A stretch of DNA of 64,000 nt from positions 52,454,001 through 52,518,000 of the forward strand of contig NC_058382.1 of the NCBI RefSeq assembly GCF_018350175.1, in the 5' to 3' direction. The position numbers were made by a program, and so were the translations under genes. Below the pieces are notes generated by a model. It made no database searches, was not told the origin of the DNA, and was given only the letters and a program-made list of their open reading frames with translations. Positions within the stretch are counted from its first letter, which is position 1. Each line of letters opens with the position of its first letter. This stretch comes from Felis catus. Its lineage: Eukaryota. Positions 1 to 13,339 of this stretch are shown here, piece by piece.

Positions 1-361
1 CCACCCTTTCTTCGGCTATGAAACTTACTTGTGAAGTGGCCTTGTGACTTGCTTGAAGCAGGTCATGAGCAGGAGGGACATTCTCATCACTAGAATCATG
101 GAATATACAAAAGCCACTTGCAGCACCATTTGTTCATTATTTCTAGATGAGGACATGGAGGTACAGAGGAGGTTGAGGTCATTCTCTCTTCTGGGCCATT
201 GTCTAGTGTTCATTCCTGCTGAGGTGTCCTGGGTGCCGCTTAACGCCTTTACCACCTTATTCATTTAATACCAACTGATTGAGCACCTACTGGGTACCAG
301 AGATGCTGGGGATAAAGAGGTAAATCCAGAATGGTCCATGCGGAGAAGCACAGGTTTCCTT

Positions 362-429
362 GTGGTGGTTGTGGTGGTGGTGGTGGTGGTGGTGGTGGTG
401 GTGGTGGAGGAGGAGGAGGAGGAGGAGGA
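362..429. repeat. Compound trinucleotide microsatellite (GGT)n(GGA)n
   Basis: Read directly. It produces the spurious poly-His/Gly/Trp/Thr ORFs in the track. Confidence 0.97.
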
Positions 430-559
430 AGAGAACCTTGGTTTTCTCAGCAAGAAATGGCTCCTTCCTCCCTTGTCTGTCATCTGTGCTGTTTAGTAGC
501 CATTCTGCAGCGCCTCTTTCTGGGAACATGGCCACCATATTGAGACATTTATTTCCTCT

Positions 560-905
560 GACTCAGTGGTATTCCAGAGACTCAACCGATAGGATGTCGG
601 TAGATGGATAGACAGATGATGAACACATAGAACGGGAATTGGCTCACACAGTTGTAGAGGCTGACAAGTCCCACAGTCTGCCCTCTGCAAGCTGGAGAAA
701 CAGGAAAGACTGTGGTGTGGTTCAGTCTGAGTCCAAAGGCCCGAGAACCAAGAGGGGCAGTGGGGTAAGTCCGAAGCTAGAGGCCTGAGAATAAGGAGCT
801 TTGAGGTCTGAGGAGAAGAGAAGATGGATGTACCAGCTCAACAAGAGACAGCAAACACCCTCCTTTCTTTGCCTTTTTGCTCTACTGGGCCCCTCAACAC
901 ATGGA
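560..905 (-). mobile_element. ERVL solo LTR fragment, MLT2-like
   Basis: Contains 'gaattggctcacacagttgtagaggctgacaagtcccacagtctgccctctgcaagctggaga...ttcagtctgagtccaaaggcccgagaacca', which matches the recalled MLT2 consensus. Confidence 0.8.
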
Positions 906-1788
906 TTCTCCAGTGCCTCCCCCCACTGTCTCCTCACTGAGGCCTCTGGACCCTGCAAGGAAGCCGAAGCAGAGAGACCGTTGTTTTGTTGGGGTTTCTG
1001 GTAATGGTATACAGATAACCAATAATTGGATGATAAAGTGCCCTGACTTCCTATAGAAGTACAGACTTGTGAGGGTAAAAATGGAACGTATAGTGTGTAA
1101 CTCTTCACTTCCTTTTGGTTTCCCCTAGTTTAACCATTTTACAACCTGTCTTCTGGCTTTTTTGTTTTGTTTTTTTTTTCTTTCTGTAGAATAAGAAATA
1201 TGGGCATTAACCATGATGCTGGTTGGAAGGTGAGAAAAGATGGAAAACTCTAGGGTAAAAGGTCTTCCTATTAGAAGTTGGTATTTGCTGGAATTTTCCA
1301 AAAGGATTTCATTGTGTAGGGTGTCTTTTACCTACCTGGAGTCTATGATTATTGGTGAATTCTGTGTTTTTTTCTGTGTGTCACGTACTGTGATAGGTCC
1401 TAGGGTTGCACAAGCAAAATGAAATATGATACCTGCCTTTAATGAGGAAAAATACCTATAGAAAAAGCTTCCAATGCCCAGTAGATACTAGGCACAAAGT
1501 TGAAGGCTAGTGAAGGGTTCCGGTGTGTTAAATCCTCTTATAAACACATCAATGTGTTTGGTATGGAAGACAGATCCAGTATGGTGGTTATGGTCAAAAG
1601 GGTGGAAGAAACACTCTAATTCTCCTATCATTTTCACTGCTCCCTAAATGAGATAAAGAATAAATAGGACTGTCCCAGTTGAGGAGGAGGGAGAGAGGAC
1701 GGCAAACGGGATGTTGGACGTGGAGCATTGAAAGTACACAGAAGCCATGTGATAAGTTGTAGTACTAGGGGTTGGAGAAACATGACCT

Positions 1789-1996
1789 GTGGCCCCTGGG
1801 TGGCTCGGTCGGTAAAGCATCCTGCTGGCTCACGTCATGATCTCACAGTTCATGAGTTCAAGCCCCTCATCGGACTCTGCATCGATGTTGCAGAGCCTGC
1901 TTGGGATTCTATCTCTCCTTCTCTCTGACCCTCCCCCACTTGTTCTCTCTCTGTTTCTGTCTCTCTCAAAATAAATAAACTTAAAAAAAAAAAAAA
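1789..1996 (+). mobile_element. Carnivore SINE (SINEC/Can-SINE)
   Basis: tRNA-like head 'cctgggtggctcggtcggtaaagc', B-box 'gagttcaagccc', CT tract and AATAAA-poly(A). TSD agaaacatg(a/g)cc at 1776-1787 and 1997-2008. Confidence 0.95.
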
Positions 1997-2379
1997 AGAA
2001 ACATGGCCAAGTGCTCCTGCAATTTATATGTTAGGGCAGAAATGTCTTGTAACTCAGTTAGGTATCGAGAGCTTTCATCTTACACAGGGCATACGTAAAG
2101 GAGCTGGCAAAGGGGGGCCATGCCAGTGCTTGTGGGTTTTATCTGCCGGACTTGATTTCCAGTAGACATGGTGTGAGCCTCTAATGGGAGGAGCACCTGG
2201 GGTGGTTGCAAGGGAGCAGTTAAGAACGCAGGACTGGCTTAGACAGTCTGGTTGCTGCATTCACATTCCTAAGCCCGAGTTGCTCTTTGTGTAACAGGGG
2301 GATAAAATAGCACCTATGTGTATCAGTTGAGACACTTTGGGCTGCGTGTAGCGGGAAATTCAACTTGCAGATTTCAGTG

Positions 2380-2700
2380 GTATTAAAAGGTGTTACACCA
2401 CCTAATCTGAAGCCCAAGAACAGGTGGTCACAGTGGTGGCCATGATCTGGCTTCACTTCCTTGAGATTCTTTATCAGTTTCTTTCCTCAGAGGCTCCCTC
2501 ATATTTTCAATAATGGCTTCAGCAATTCCAGGCATAACCAGAGAGCATAGCGCTGGAGGACAAAAGGTACCTTCTCTTGTGTGTGTCTCTCAGGAGCAAG
2601 GGAACCTTCCCCCAGAGCCCTCGTCATATTTATCCTGACACCTCATTGGCCAGAACCATATAAAATGCCTGCATCTAGACTCTAGTCCCTAGTGAAGCCT
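2380..2700 (-). mobile_element. Old MaLR LTR fragment (MLT1J/K/L-like)
   Basis: 'aaccttcccccagagccctc...cctcattggccagaac' resembles old MLT1 LTRs. Highly diverged. Confidence 0.45.
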
Positions 2701-3589
2701 TTGGACCTGCCCTGATTGGGAGCTTAAGCCACAGAAGATTCATAGCCCACTTGTAGTCATGTGGCGGAGGGGGCTCGGTCATCCAGGGGAAATTGGAGGA
2801 TGGATATTGTATGGATACCCACGTATCTGCTACATGACCTTCTAGGGATATGAGATATTCATCAAATGATACAGGGATATTCGTCAAAATAAGGCTTGTG
2901 AGACACTTAACAAAGTACCTGGCACATGGTCACAACTCACCAAAATTTAGCTATGATAGTGACAATGACTGACAGCAGTAACGGGAAGTGGGCTCATAGA
3001 GATATCTTGGCCACTGTTGCAAAGTAGTTGTTACGGTCACTTTAAGAAGGTCCCTCTGCAGCAAACAGACCTTTTCTCACCCCCTCCAATCTTTGCTCTC
3101 ACCCTTCTCTGACACTTCTCTCTTTTACCTTGAGTCCCCCTTCCATAGTTCTTATCAAGAGACTGTGAGGTGCTAGAAAGATACCAAAGTCGACATCAGG
3201 CAATTGAGTTTTGAAAGTTGGGGCGCCACTGTTTTTCATCTCTGTCATCTCAGATGAGTTTATCTCGTTCTCTGAACCTCAGTGTACCGAGGTGTAAAGT
3301 GGGGATAACCGTATCAGTCTTTTCTGCTGTGAGGAAAACAGACCGAAATTCCCAACTTACACTCTTCCTTCAGTCACTGCTTCCTGACGCCGGAAGCTGA
3401 GCCATTTCCTCCCACCTACAGGCCGGGTGGGGTCATTCACCTAGTGCGGCGCTGGTTGACGGACAGTCAGTCCACTGCAGCCTCTGTGCACCACCACCAC
3501 TGCCCCTGGTTTTCGAGAAAAGAATCAGCGACCACTCACTGTACAGATGCGCTCAAGCGACTGTAACCACGAGTGTTTGTGACAATGCG

Positions 3590-3745
3590 CCTATTGACTT
3601 CTTATTTCAATAGATATCCAGATTTATTATCCCTCAAGGTAAACATCGATTTTACCTTTGTCTCAGTCAATATTTACCTCTGAGGTCAATACATGTGGAT
3701 ATTCACCTCAGCTGTAGTCAATATCCATTTCGTATTACAATATAT
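3590..3745. mobile_element. Palindromic ancient DNA-transposon relic, MER135-like
   Basis: Imperfect inverted arms 3614-3649 and 3667-3702 (26/36 ungapped matches), plus outer arms tattgact (3592-3599) and agtcaata (3716-3723). Resembles the recalled MER135 consensus. Confidence 0.65.
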
Positions 3746-4712
3746 GATACACATATGTGAACATTGAGCACACCATGGAATGTGAAAAAGTCTGGAAGAC
3801 GAGGAAGCTTCTTGCAAAATAGGTATGTTCTTTTTGTTGTCTTTTTTTTTTTTTTTTAACCGTATCACTGTTTGGAGGTCAGATTCGTATTCACCAAATA
3901 GAAAATATGTACACTGTGTGGATGGCTGGTATTTGGGGAAGGATTGCATGATATCAAATAAACATTCAAGCGGTCACCTAACGGTATTGCCCTAAATATG
4001 GTTTCTTGAGAGTTTCTAAGTTATATGAGAGCCATAGGATGTAGGCATGCAGGCAGGTTATAAATGCAGTAAGAATGGAATTATTTACATGGTTAGGACA
4101 GGGCATTGTCTCTCCAACCCCTGGATCCTCAGAGACTCTGGTTCCTGAAGCAGGAGCAGGAAGAGGAGGAGGAAGAAGCGTCCATGGGAACAATCGTTGG
4201 CTGCCAGCTACAGCTGGGAAGCCAGGCCTGGAGAATCATGGCGGGCCTGGATTGGAGCCCAGGCGTGTGAGTCAGGAAGTGCATTTGGCTGCTGGTCACA
4301 AGGGTGTTAAAATCCTTCGCGCAGAGGAAGAACGGAAACCAATACTCCAGTACTGGGGTAGCCACTCCACAACGTGGTCAGGTACCCAGCCTCCCCTCTG
4401 CTTTACCAAGCTGCCTCCCATCTTCACAATGACCCCCTGGTCCAACATGACCTGGAACCATGAAGGAGAAAAGGTAGAATGGAGACTGCCCCCATTTCTA
4501 GAGCCCTCAGAGAGCCCCACCAGACACTTCTGCTGGCTTCTCATGATTAGCCATGATTTAATCACCCGGCTAAACAGAGGCTGCAAGGGGGCATGGGAAA
4601 TGCAGCCTTGGGTCCAGGCTCCAGTGTGCCTGGGGAAATGGAGAGGCTCTGGAGCCAAGCAAGAGGGGGAAGCAAATATCTGGGACACACCAGCAGCTTC
4701 TGCCACAGCAGG

Positions 4713-5040
4713 CGCCATATAGACCCAATGTTTGTGCCCATTTGGAATCCATATGATGGCATTAAGAGGTGGGGCCTTTGGGAGGTGGTTAGGTCATGGG
4801 GGTGGAGCCTAATGAATAGGATTAGTGCCCTTAGGCAAGAGGCCCCGCAGAGCTCCCTGTCTCCTTCCATTATGTGAAGACACAGTGAAACCAGCAAGTG
4901 TGAATCTGGTTCACGGTTTGAAGCAGAGGCGGGTCTGCCGATGCCTTGATGCTGGACCTGTGAGATCAAATGTGTTTCTGTTGTCCATCAGTCACCCTGG
5001 CTGTGGGATTCTCTTACACCAGCCCAGGCGGACTCAGGCA
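4713..5040 (+). mobile_element. MaLR solo LTR, MLT1A-like
   Basis: 'gatggcattaagaggtggggcctttgggaggtggttaggtcatgg...aggattagtgccctta', with the 3' end 'cagcccaggcggactcaggca'. Confidence 0.85.
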
Positions 5041-8000
5041 CTGGGCAACCCTGTCGCATCCTATCTTTTTCCCTGGTACCGTATCCTGAATCCTTCTAAG
5101 ATCACAGGGCTTTATCCTGAGTTTGTACTGTAACTGAAGTTGCGTCTGCCCAGTATTTCTTTGCCATCACATTTGAACTACTCACAGTGCTCCGTTTTCC
5201 TTTGGGAAGCTCCCAGCTCACTCTTCCTGGTAGAGATAGGGCTGTTGATCTCAAAATAGCCTCTGTGACCCCCCACCCCCCCAGCCACAAGGATGGGCAC
5301 GTGACCCAGACCTGACCAATCATAGTTGCCCTCTCCTGGCCACCCTGCCCGATGGAGGAGTGAGCATACACAAAACCAGGACCCTCCCAAGTCCTACCAC
5401 GGACCTTTCTGCTCCAGTTGGTGAGGAGGGATTTTGCATGCCTTCACCCCACACAGCTAACCCAGTGGCCCCGCTGCTTAGCAGCAAGTCCCTGGGTTGC
5501 ACAGAAGGAGGCTGCCTCCTACAACAACGGCAAGCAGGAGGTTTAGAAAAGAGGCGTTGTGAAGCCTCTGCCCGACCTCTCTTTCTCCTGCCTTGTTAAT
5601 GCCTGTACTTTAACCTGTCCTCAGCTTCATCTCCTGGAATCCTTAGGGCCTGTTTAACCCCATACATGAAGCAAGCCCATGTGCATATGTGCATACATCA
5701 ATTCATGTCGCCCCATGCAGCATTGCAGAGTCAATCCCTGAGATTTCCCTGGACTCCTATTTTTAGCAATCTTCTGTAGCAGCAGAACCCAAATCAGCTC
5801 CTGCGTTTGTATTTGCCAGAACAAGGTCTGATCTCTCTTCATGTTCCCTGACTCTTGCCAAAGAGGGCCAAGGACGGACCCCAATGTTGTCCTGTTGTCT
5901 TTTGGCTTGTTTATACCTGCTGGAACACAGCTCCCCCTGCCCACCCAGCCCCAGTCCAAAACCCCTAAGAAGAGTCTCACTCCTGGGTTTGCCATGACTC
6001 ATCATTTTCAGATCATGTTAACCATGGCACTCCCACCTCCCTTCTAGAAGGGGCTGGTGGGTTCTTTGTTCTATAGAATGCAAGAAGGAACCTCAAGCCA
6101 TCACACCTGGAGCTTAGGACCCCATAGGTTGTCCTGGGCCACGCCAGGCTCCTTGGTCCCATTTTACAGCTCATAGACCACCTCCAACTTAAGGTTTTAT
6201 TTATTTGGCATTCCGAAAACTATACAGCCTCTATCCCTTGGGATGTAAATTAAAGCAATTTCGTTTTCATAGTTTCTCTGTTTGAAATCCCTCATTGTTT
6301 ATTTAAATAGTAGCTGATGCATTTTGCAAGTAAAGAACTATAATTAAGGGAACATGAAGGGCTGGTCTCTCAGGGAAGTGGAGTTTCCTCTCGCACTAAG
6401 CCCATCCTAACTGTTGAAGTTGCATTCTTGCTCCCTGCAGAAGGGAGCTGGCCCAGGGAACCAGAGTTTGGGGAAGAGCGCCTTGTTGGTGGGGTGGGGG
6501 GTGGGGGCAGAGCCCTGGCTAGAGGCAGTGGTGCACACAGGACTGTTCCAACAGTTGGTAATTGCAGGAGAAGACACTGCAGACGTTGCGAAAGCAGCCA
6601 CGAAGGATGGGTAGAGCCGTACTTCATGGCCAACAGCTGCTGGAGACACAGATTGGGTCAGGTGTCTTACTCCCAGCAGAAGGTCCAGCCATGGTGGGAC
6701 AAGGAAGCCACAAAGACAGGAGCTACTGGAAAGGCTCCCTTTCCTCTTTCCTGAATCTGGAGCCGCGGCTCGTTGCTCCTGGCTCAGATTTGAGAACCTT
6801 TTCTTTCTTTTAATCCCTGCAGATGGCAGCGGTGTGACCCCCATCTCCCTCCACCACATAATGTGCAGTTTGGGTTGGGACCGTGCATTGCTCAAGGCCG
6901 TACCATGTCTTTGCAACAAACTTACACCCTCTTGACCACCAGTGGCTACATAGAAGGCTGGCCCTCTCCACGTGGTCCTTGGTCTCTGCCCCCTGACCCC
7001 ATTACCTATCAGAGGCAAATGATGTAGGCAAGAGAGAGCAGGCAGGGCCGCCTGCCTCTTGGTCAGCCAATGAGGATGCCTTGATGTGCGAACTGTCCTC
7101 AAAATGGCGTTGGAATGGCTCACCCGTAGCTGCTGTCAGAAATCCGACCTCAGTAGAGTAGGAAAGAAGCTTTGTGTTCCAAGGAGGTGAAATGTATCCT
7201 TGAAGTGAGAAAAGGACTAAATGGCGGAGGATTTGGTTAGTTTTTCATTCTTCTTTCCGCTCATTTCTCTAATTCAATTTTCTGCAATCATATCTGACAT
7301 ACACACATACTAGACACGATGCGTAGGCTTTATTTTTATTTTTTTAATTTCAAAGTGACATAAAACACAGGATGATATCTGCAGCCTCCCCACAGAGGTG
7401 GGTATTTAGGATTCCCTGCCTTCATTTGTTCACTCGTGTCATGCACTCAATATATTTTGAGATCCTACCTTGCCAGGCTCTGTGCCAGGCCCAAGGGTGC
7501 AGCGGGGCGGTGGTGGTGGGGGGGGGGCTGTCGAGATGCTGGTCCTTCAAGAGCTGATGGTCTGGTGGGGGAGGTGTGCAGTAATTACGGTGAATCGGGG
7601 TTATGGTGGGGGAGACGTGGGGCCCCATAGAAACCCCCGGCAGGACTAGCTAGTTGAGCCAGGGGTGGGCCCATTTCAGGTGTGAGATGGCTTAAGAATG
7701 AAGACACTGGGGACGTGAGGGATGAGCAAGGCCAGCCAGCTAAAGAAGAAGAGACCACCCAACCCCTGGCACCTGCGCACCAAGGTGACTGACCTGAGGG
7801 CCCGTTTGGGGGGAAGGCGTGCGCCGTGTCATTGGAGGCTAGCGATGAGATCTGGCTGGGAGGTAAACAGAACCTGGCAGAAAGTGCATGGAGAAACCTC
7901 TTCATTAAGCGAGTGAAGCGAGCCTAGTGAATGCCCACCCATAAAAAGAAAATCATAAAAATCAGCAGGGTTGCAGTCACTCTGATCTTTTTGCTCTGAT

Positions 8001-11000
8001 CTCAGCAGTGATGAGGGCTGGCTTTGAGGGGTGGGGATCGCACACCCTACATCAGCCAAGTCTCCAAAGCACTCCCGCCAAGTTTTCCCAGTAAGCATGC
8101 AGTTTAAGTAATATGCACATCCTCGCTGTGCAGATGCAATTTGAAGACAAATCCTTTGGGTCCCCAGCATCCCTTCTTCTTGCAACCTGACCGCTGCCCT
8201 CCACCTTCATCTCGCATATTCTGCAGCTGCTTGGAGTCTGGAAGCTACTTTGTGAAAACTGCTCCTGCTCTAGTGCTAAGTTTATTTTAATCGGTGCCTG
8301 ACTTTATAAAGAGAAAACAGCTTAGCAAGCATTGGTTAGAGTAGATTCACCAGTCTCCATGAGCTCTTGTGACACGCACAGGACTTGTCTCCGTTGCTCT
8401 CTTTCTCCCTCATATGTCAATCAATCTATCGATCAATTAAACAGATAGTTTTTAACACCTACTGGAGGCCAGGCACTGTACCTGGTGCCGTATGTACTTA
8501 CTGATGTATAGTTTGGAATCTATGGCTGCTTTGTACACATTGCGGTCATTTTGCAGACAACTTTTGCCCACGTGAGGGAGGGCTTTTAAAATCCTGCACC
8601 GTTTTCAAAGCAATGTCCCTGATTTATCATCAAGCATTTCCCCCTCCCCGCCATTGCACAGTTGCTTTCTTCTTTCAGAAACGGTGCTGGTGACCTGTTT
8701 TAAGAAAGGTTAAAAAGCCAGCACTTAGATTTTTCTGGAAACCTTTCAATTAACCTCATTAGGCCTGCTTTATTTATTTTCTTTCATTTCTCTTGCTTTT
8801 ATGCCTTCCAAACCCCTAAATTGTGGTGCTATAGTGATCTGCCGTAGCCAGACTCAATAGTCAATACGTGTTTAATAGGAATTGCAGTATATGAGTTTAT
8901 AATATATATTTTTCCATGAATATAGTGAATGTTTGCCAAGCCCCCCCCCTTTTTTTTTACCTTTTTAAATTCAGAAATTTCTAGCTGTGTTTATTCCTCT
9001 CGTCAGCATACTTTATCATATCAAAGCCTTTTCAGACACTGTTAAACTACTGAGTTATGTTTGGGTCATGTTTTGCGGTATGCCCTTTAATACTGTAGCT
9101 TTAGAAATGCAATTTTCAGCCTCTGCTTATTAGAATATGATAAAGTATTCCTGGTCTATGTCCAGCTCCACTAATCTCCAGACTGCGCTTCATGAATTAA
9201 GCATGAAGATTTTAGTCAATGTGCTTTCAAAGACCAATGTTTAGGGAATCATGGATTTTCTACAAGCTGAGGGAGAAATCTATAATAGGAGGAACTGATT
9301 TTCAAACATCATATTCTCAAGAAGAAATGACCAGTTCTGGCCCAGAAACAGAAAATATTTCACTATCAGAATATTCTAGAACCAGTTAAAACCACATTGT
9401 GCGGTTTGGTTTGTTAAAGGGACGGTGTTTTAAAATGTGTAAGACCGTCTATCACGTGGGAGGATTTCAAATGACTGCTTATTTTGGAAAGCTCATGTAG
9501 ATTGGCTTAAAATCGAGAGGGGAATGCAAATTGAATTTATAAGGTGTTATTAACTTCACACCCCACCCCCGTCCCTCCCCAACCCCTGTGCATGTTGGTC
9601 CATTTTGCTCTGATGCAATTCAGGAAATAGCCAAAGATCTCTCTGCTGTGTGAGAGATCTCCCTTGGGGGAGAGACTTTGGGGACCCGTGGCTGCCTTAA
9701 CCAGTCTAGCTCTTGAGCGGATAATGTCTAAGAACCCAGAGTGCCTCCTGGTTTGGTGCGTATCATGGTAATCGGCAGCAAACATTTTGAAATCGCTGTG
9801 CTAGATGATGTTTGGGGCACCTCTCCACTAAAATGCAAAAGGCCTGACTATGCGAGTGACTGTGAAGCACCCCGAAAGGGCACTAGGTTACTTTCATCAG
9901 AGTTTGAGCAGCCCCTGAAGTCTTAGCTTCCATGTTGGGTGAGGTCATAACTGGCGTGGTCACAGTTACCTTCATAATAATAAGGACTTTTAGGCGAGGG
10001 TCGGTTCTCCGCCTGACGTCGCGCTTAGCCCTCGATGTCCGTAGCTCACTCAAATCCCCATTTCTCAACGGGGAAACTGGGGCACAGGGCATTTCAGTGA
10101 CTTGCTTAGGTGGAGTCAGCATGGAGGCCAAGACTTGTCTGACCCCCTAAATGTAAACCACCACACCCCAGTTTGTGGCTACACAAGCAGGCCCATGTCT
10201 TGAATGTGTTGGGCACGAACCTGGACCCTGTGGCTGCTTGGGCTCGACTCCATTGGTTGCTGATGGAGGTTCTCCCCCACTCCTCCAGTTCTGACCTCAA
10301 GACAGAAATGTAAATCATCTCCAATTAGGGGGCTGCTTCTTGAACATTTGCCTTTTGAGGAAGACAGGAAAATTCTCAGCTCGTCTAGCTTTATCTGTGA
10401 ACCTACAGGATCTCTCAGGGGCTTTAAATTAATCAATCAATCCACAGACATTGAACTGAATCTCTACCTTGAGCAGGAGACAAAGTGCTTTAAATGGGAA
10501 AGAAACCAAAGGGCCGGCCGCCCTGCCCCCAGCCATCGCCCAAGGCTGCCTTCCATGGCTGGGGGATCAGCCTGTCAGTTCAATCACACAGCCCCTGTGA
10601 CTGGTGTTTTTGACCAAGCTGGCCCCGTGGACAGCTCTGGTCGTGTGTAGACACGGCCTCAGGAAGGGGGAGTACATCCGTCTTTTTTTGAGTCCTTGCC
10701 ATTTAATCATTACTGACACAGTTTTATGAGAAACACAGTAAAACCCAGCCCTGTCAATCACCGTTTGCTGCCCAGTCTCAGAGCAGCACCCGCAGAAGTA
10801 GGTGTGCAGAGACATATCGCCAAACACCTTAGGTTTGCCAGGTGGAGTGTGCCGGCCACAGGGGAAGAAGAAGCGTTGCTCCCAGGTGACCGGGGGTGCC
10901 GAAAAGAGTATTTATAAGGTGACCCACTCTCTGGGTCTCGGCAGATGTACTCTGGGACGTGCTTTTAGAACAGGTCACCTGCTCTCTACCTGACGGTGGC

Positions 11001-11106
11001 TGAACTGTAGCATTTTTAGGACTCACAGGTGCTGTAGGGGTCCCTGGGCGTTCATGTGGATAAGAGAAGTGAGCCAAGTGGAGACTCGAATATAAGAGTA
11101 ACAGTC

Positions 11107-11291
11107 TTTTTTCTTTTTTTTTAAGTTTATTTTTGAGAGAGGGAGGGAGGGAGGGAGAGAGAGAATCCCAAGCAAGCTCTGCTCTGTCAGTGTGGAGCCC
11201 GACATGGGACTCGATCCCACAAACCTGAGATCAAGGCTTGAGCCGAAATCGGGAGTCTGAGGCTTAACCAACTGAGCCACCCAGGCTCCCC
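11107..11291 (-). mobile_element. Carnivore SINE (SINEC)
   Basis: Poly-T and GA tract, ending 'gagccacccaggctcccc'. TSD taagagt(a/c)acagtctt at 11093-11108 and 11292-11307. Confidence 0.96.
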
Positions 11292-12399
11292 TAAGAGTCA
11301 CAGTCTTGTGCTCTGGCCCTTTGTTGCTGAGGTCGTTTTTAAAGAGAAACAGGGGCTCAGCGTTTTACATGGTGTCTCCATTTATCAGTATTGACCACAG
11401 TTCACTTTTTTTTTTTTTAACCATCCATGCACAGGGTGAGCCTCTGTGCCTGAGGAATGGAAGCCAGGTACAGGACTCAGGTGTGACTTCCCCTCAGAAT
11501 CAACCTCCTGGCTTTGTGCTGCTGCAGTCCTCTCTAGGCGAAGTAGCCAATGGCAGCTCTGAGATTAGGATCTTCCAGATTCGTCAGTAAACCCTTATGG
11601 CTGTGGAAACCACCCTAAAATGACAGCAGGACCATGGGCCGTTAAATACATGATCCCTTGAACACAGACCACCTGAGAGTTCTCGATCTCCATTCCTCTG
11701 AACAGCTCCCTAGATAGCGTTCACTTCCCTGACCCAGAGACCTAGAACAGATTCAGAGATCACTGTAGGGATGACTTGGGTCTAGAAGCCTCTCCCCAAG
11801 GTGTCTCCGAGGAGCCTGCCTGCCAGCCCCATGGCCATCTCCGTCCTCGTGGGGACATCTGTGGCTTTGAACACACTTGGGAAGAGGGCAAAACTACCCT
11901 TCCTTCCAGAGCCTCTACCATCCATCGGTCACCGTGAGTAGCATTGCCCCCACACACCCTCACTGGGTGTCCACAGAGTATTTGGGAATGGACATGAAAA
12001 CCCTGCTTTTCCACTTAAGGCACCTAGGGCTCCAGGGATGGGACGGCCAAGGTCAGTCGGTTCCCTACAGGGCAAGGATGGAGAGGCAAATCCAAGTTGG
12101 CTTCTCTCTAGACTCAAACAGAACTTTCTCCATCACCAAGATCCCTTTCTTCTTCCTTGCCGCCTACTTCATTTTATTTATTCGGAGGAGCCTGGGCCCC
12201 TCTTTGACTCTGGGTTTTTGTAAAAGGTGAGTTGTAAATTCTGCATTCCACGGACACTTGAAAGCAGACCTGGGATCAACACCAGCTCAGCTAGGCATGT
12301 CCCTTCTCAAGTATAAGGTCAAAGGACAAAAGGGATCAACGAGGGCTGTCCTGCCCTCCTTGACCAGGGGATAGGAATTCCCCAGCAGAGAGGAGAAAA

Positions 12400-13070
12400 A
12401 CCAGGAAGGAGAATAGAATATATTTTTTCCAAGCAATTATCCACACTCTCCCCCCACCTCCGTTTTCCAAATTATAAGTTCTTTTTATACAAGCACTTTC
12501 CGTTAAAGTGGAAGAAATAGCTTTACCCGGGGTGTAAAATATATACTTTCTAATGTAAATCAAGGAGCTATTAATCCCATAATAAGAACACGATAGTATA
12601 TTAATTGATGGAAATTGTGGAGTGGAATATTCATAATCAGCGGCGGTCTTTTCTTTGGAAGGAACAAAGGATTAAGTTAGGGAGACAGTAATGGTATTGT
12701 TAGCAGGCTATTTCAATGATTTTCTCCGCGGAAGAGTAGAGAAAGGTGAAATTTCAACTGGGAATATTAGACTATGCAGATCTCTACCCAGGGGTATTCC
12801 TCTCTGCTCAAACCGCCGCGCTGTGCTTTGCCTTATGATCCTATTGTTTTATTAGCGGAATCATTGCGTGTTTCATTTTGCTATAGTAATAGCACAGTGT
12901 CTGTCTAACAATAAATTATAGAGTCAGGCAAACAATGGTTTTGTATTTGGGAGACAATGAAATACCCTATTAAAATGCAGACTTCCTTAGGTCCCCGAAA
13001 TTAGAGTCTTATTTTAAAATGATTCCATTGGGCTTAATACACTGTTTTGAACTAATCACGCTAACAGAAA
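12400..13070. promoter_or_regulatory. Candidate enhancer / conserved non-coding element (SOX-motif cluster)
   Basis: Repeat-free, with four AACAAT/ATTGTT sites within about 240 bp plus TAAT sites. Function is inferred only. Confidence 0.35.
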
Positions 13071-13339
13071 TCACTCTTTTGTCAGAGCCTAGAGGACTGT
13101 GGGAGTTACCTGTTTCCTTCGTATTTCTCCATTCATATTTTACCCTCAAATTCTCTTCTGGATAGATCTCATTGGTTCCACAGTGGAAGGTGTCGTGCTA
13201 ATGGCAGCACTCTTTTGCACTCAGAAGACAGAATGAGCTCTAAAGACGCCATATCCTTCCTACCACGTTTCTCAAACAGAATTCTGTCCTGAAAGTCATC
13301 ATGATAGTGACAGTAATAGTGATAACAACGCATGGTTTT

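Noticed and set aside
265..611. Poly-His, poly-Gly, poly-Trp and poly-Thr ORFs
   Set aside because: They are translations of the (GGT)n(GGA)n microsatellite.
4075..4722. 215-aa plus-strand ORF
   Set aside because: No recognisable domain, and the 3' part looks like decayed MaLR LTR sequence. This length is attainable by chance in GC-rich DNA.
6407..7123. 238-aa minus-strand ORF (longest in the track)
   Set aside because: It has a non-ATG start, random-looking composition and no homology I recognise.
8679..8708. Possible 30-nt microexon
   Set aside because: The acceptor is good, but the donor (AAG|GTTAAA) is weak and there is no other support.
12071..12232. Exon-like unit ending AAG|GTGAGT
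   Set aside because: The acceptors are ambiguous and the peptide is unrecognisable. It is indistinguishable from a chance pseudo-exon.
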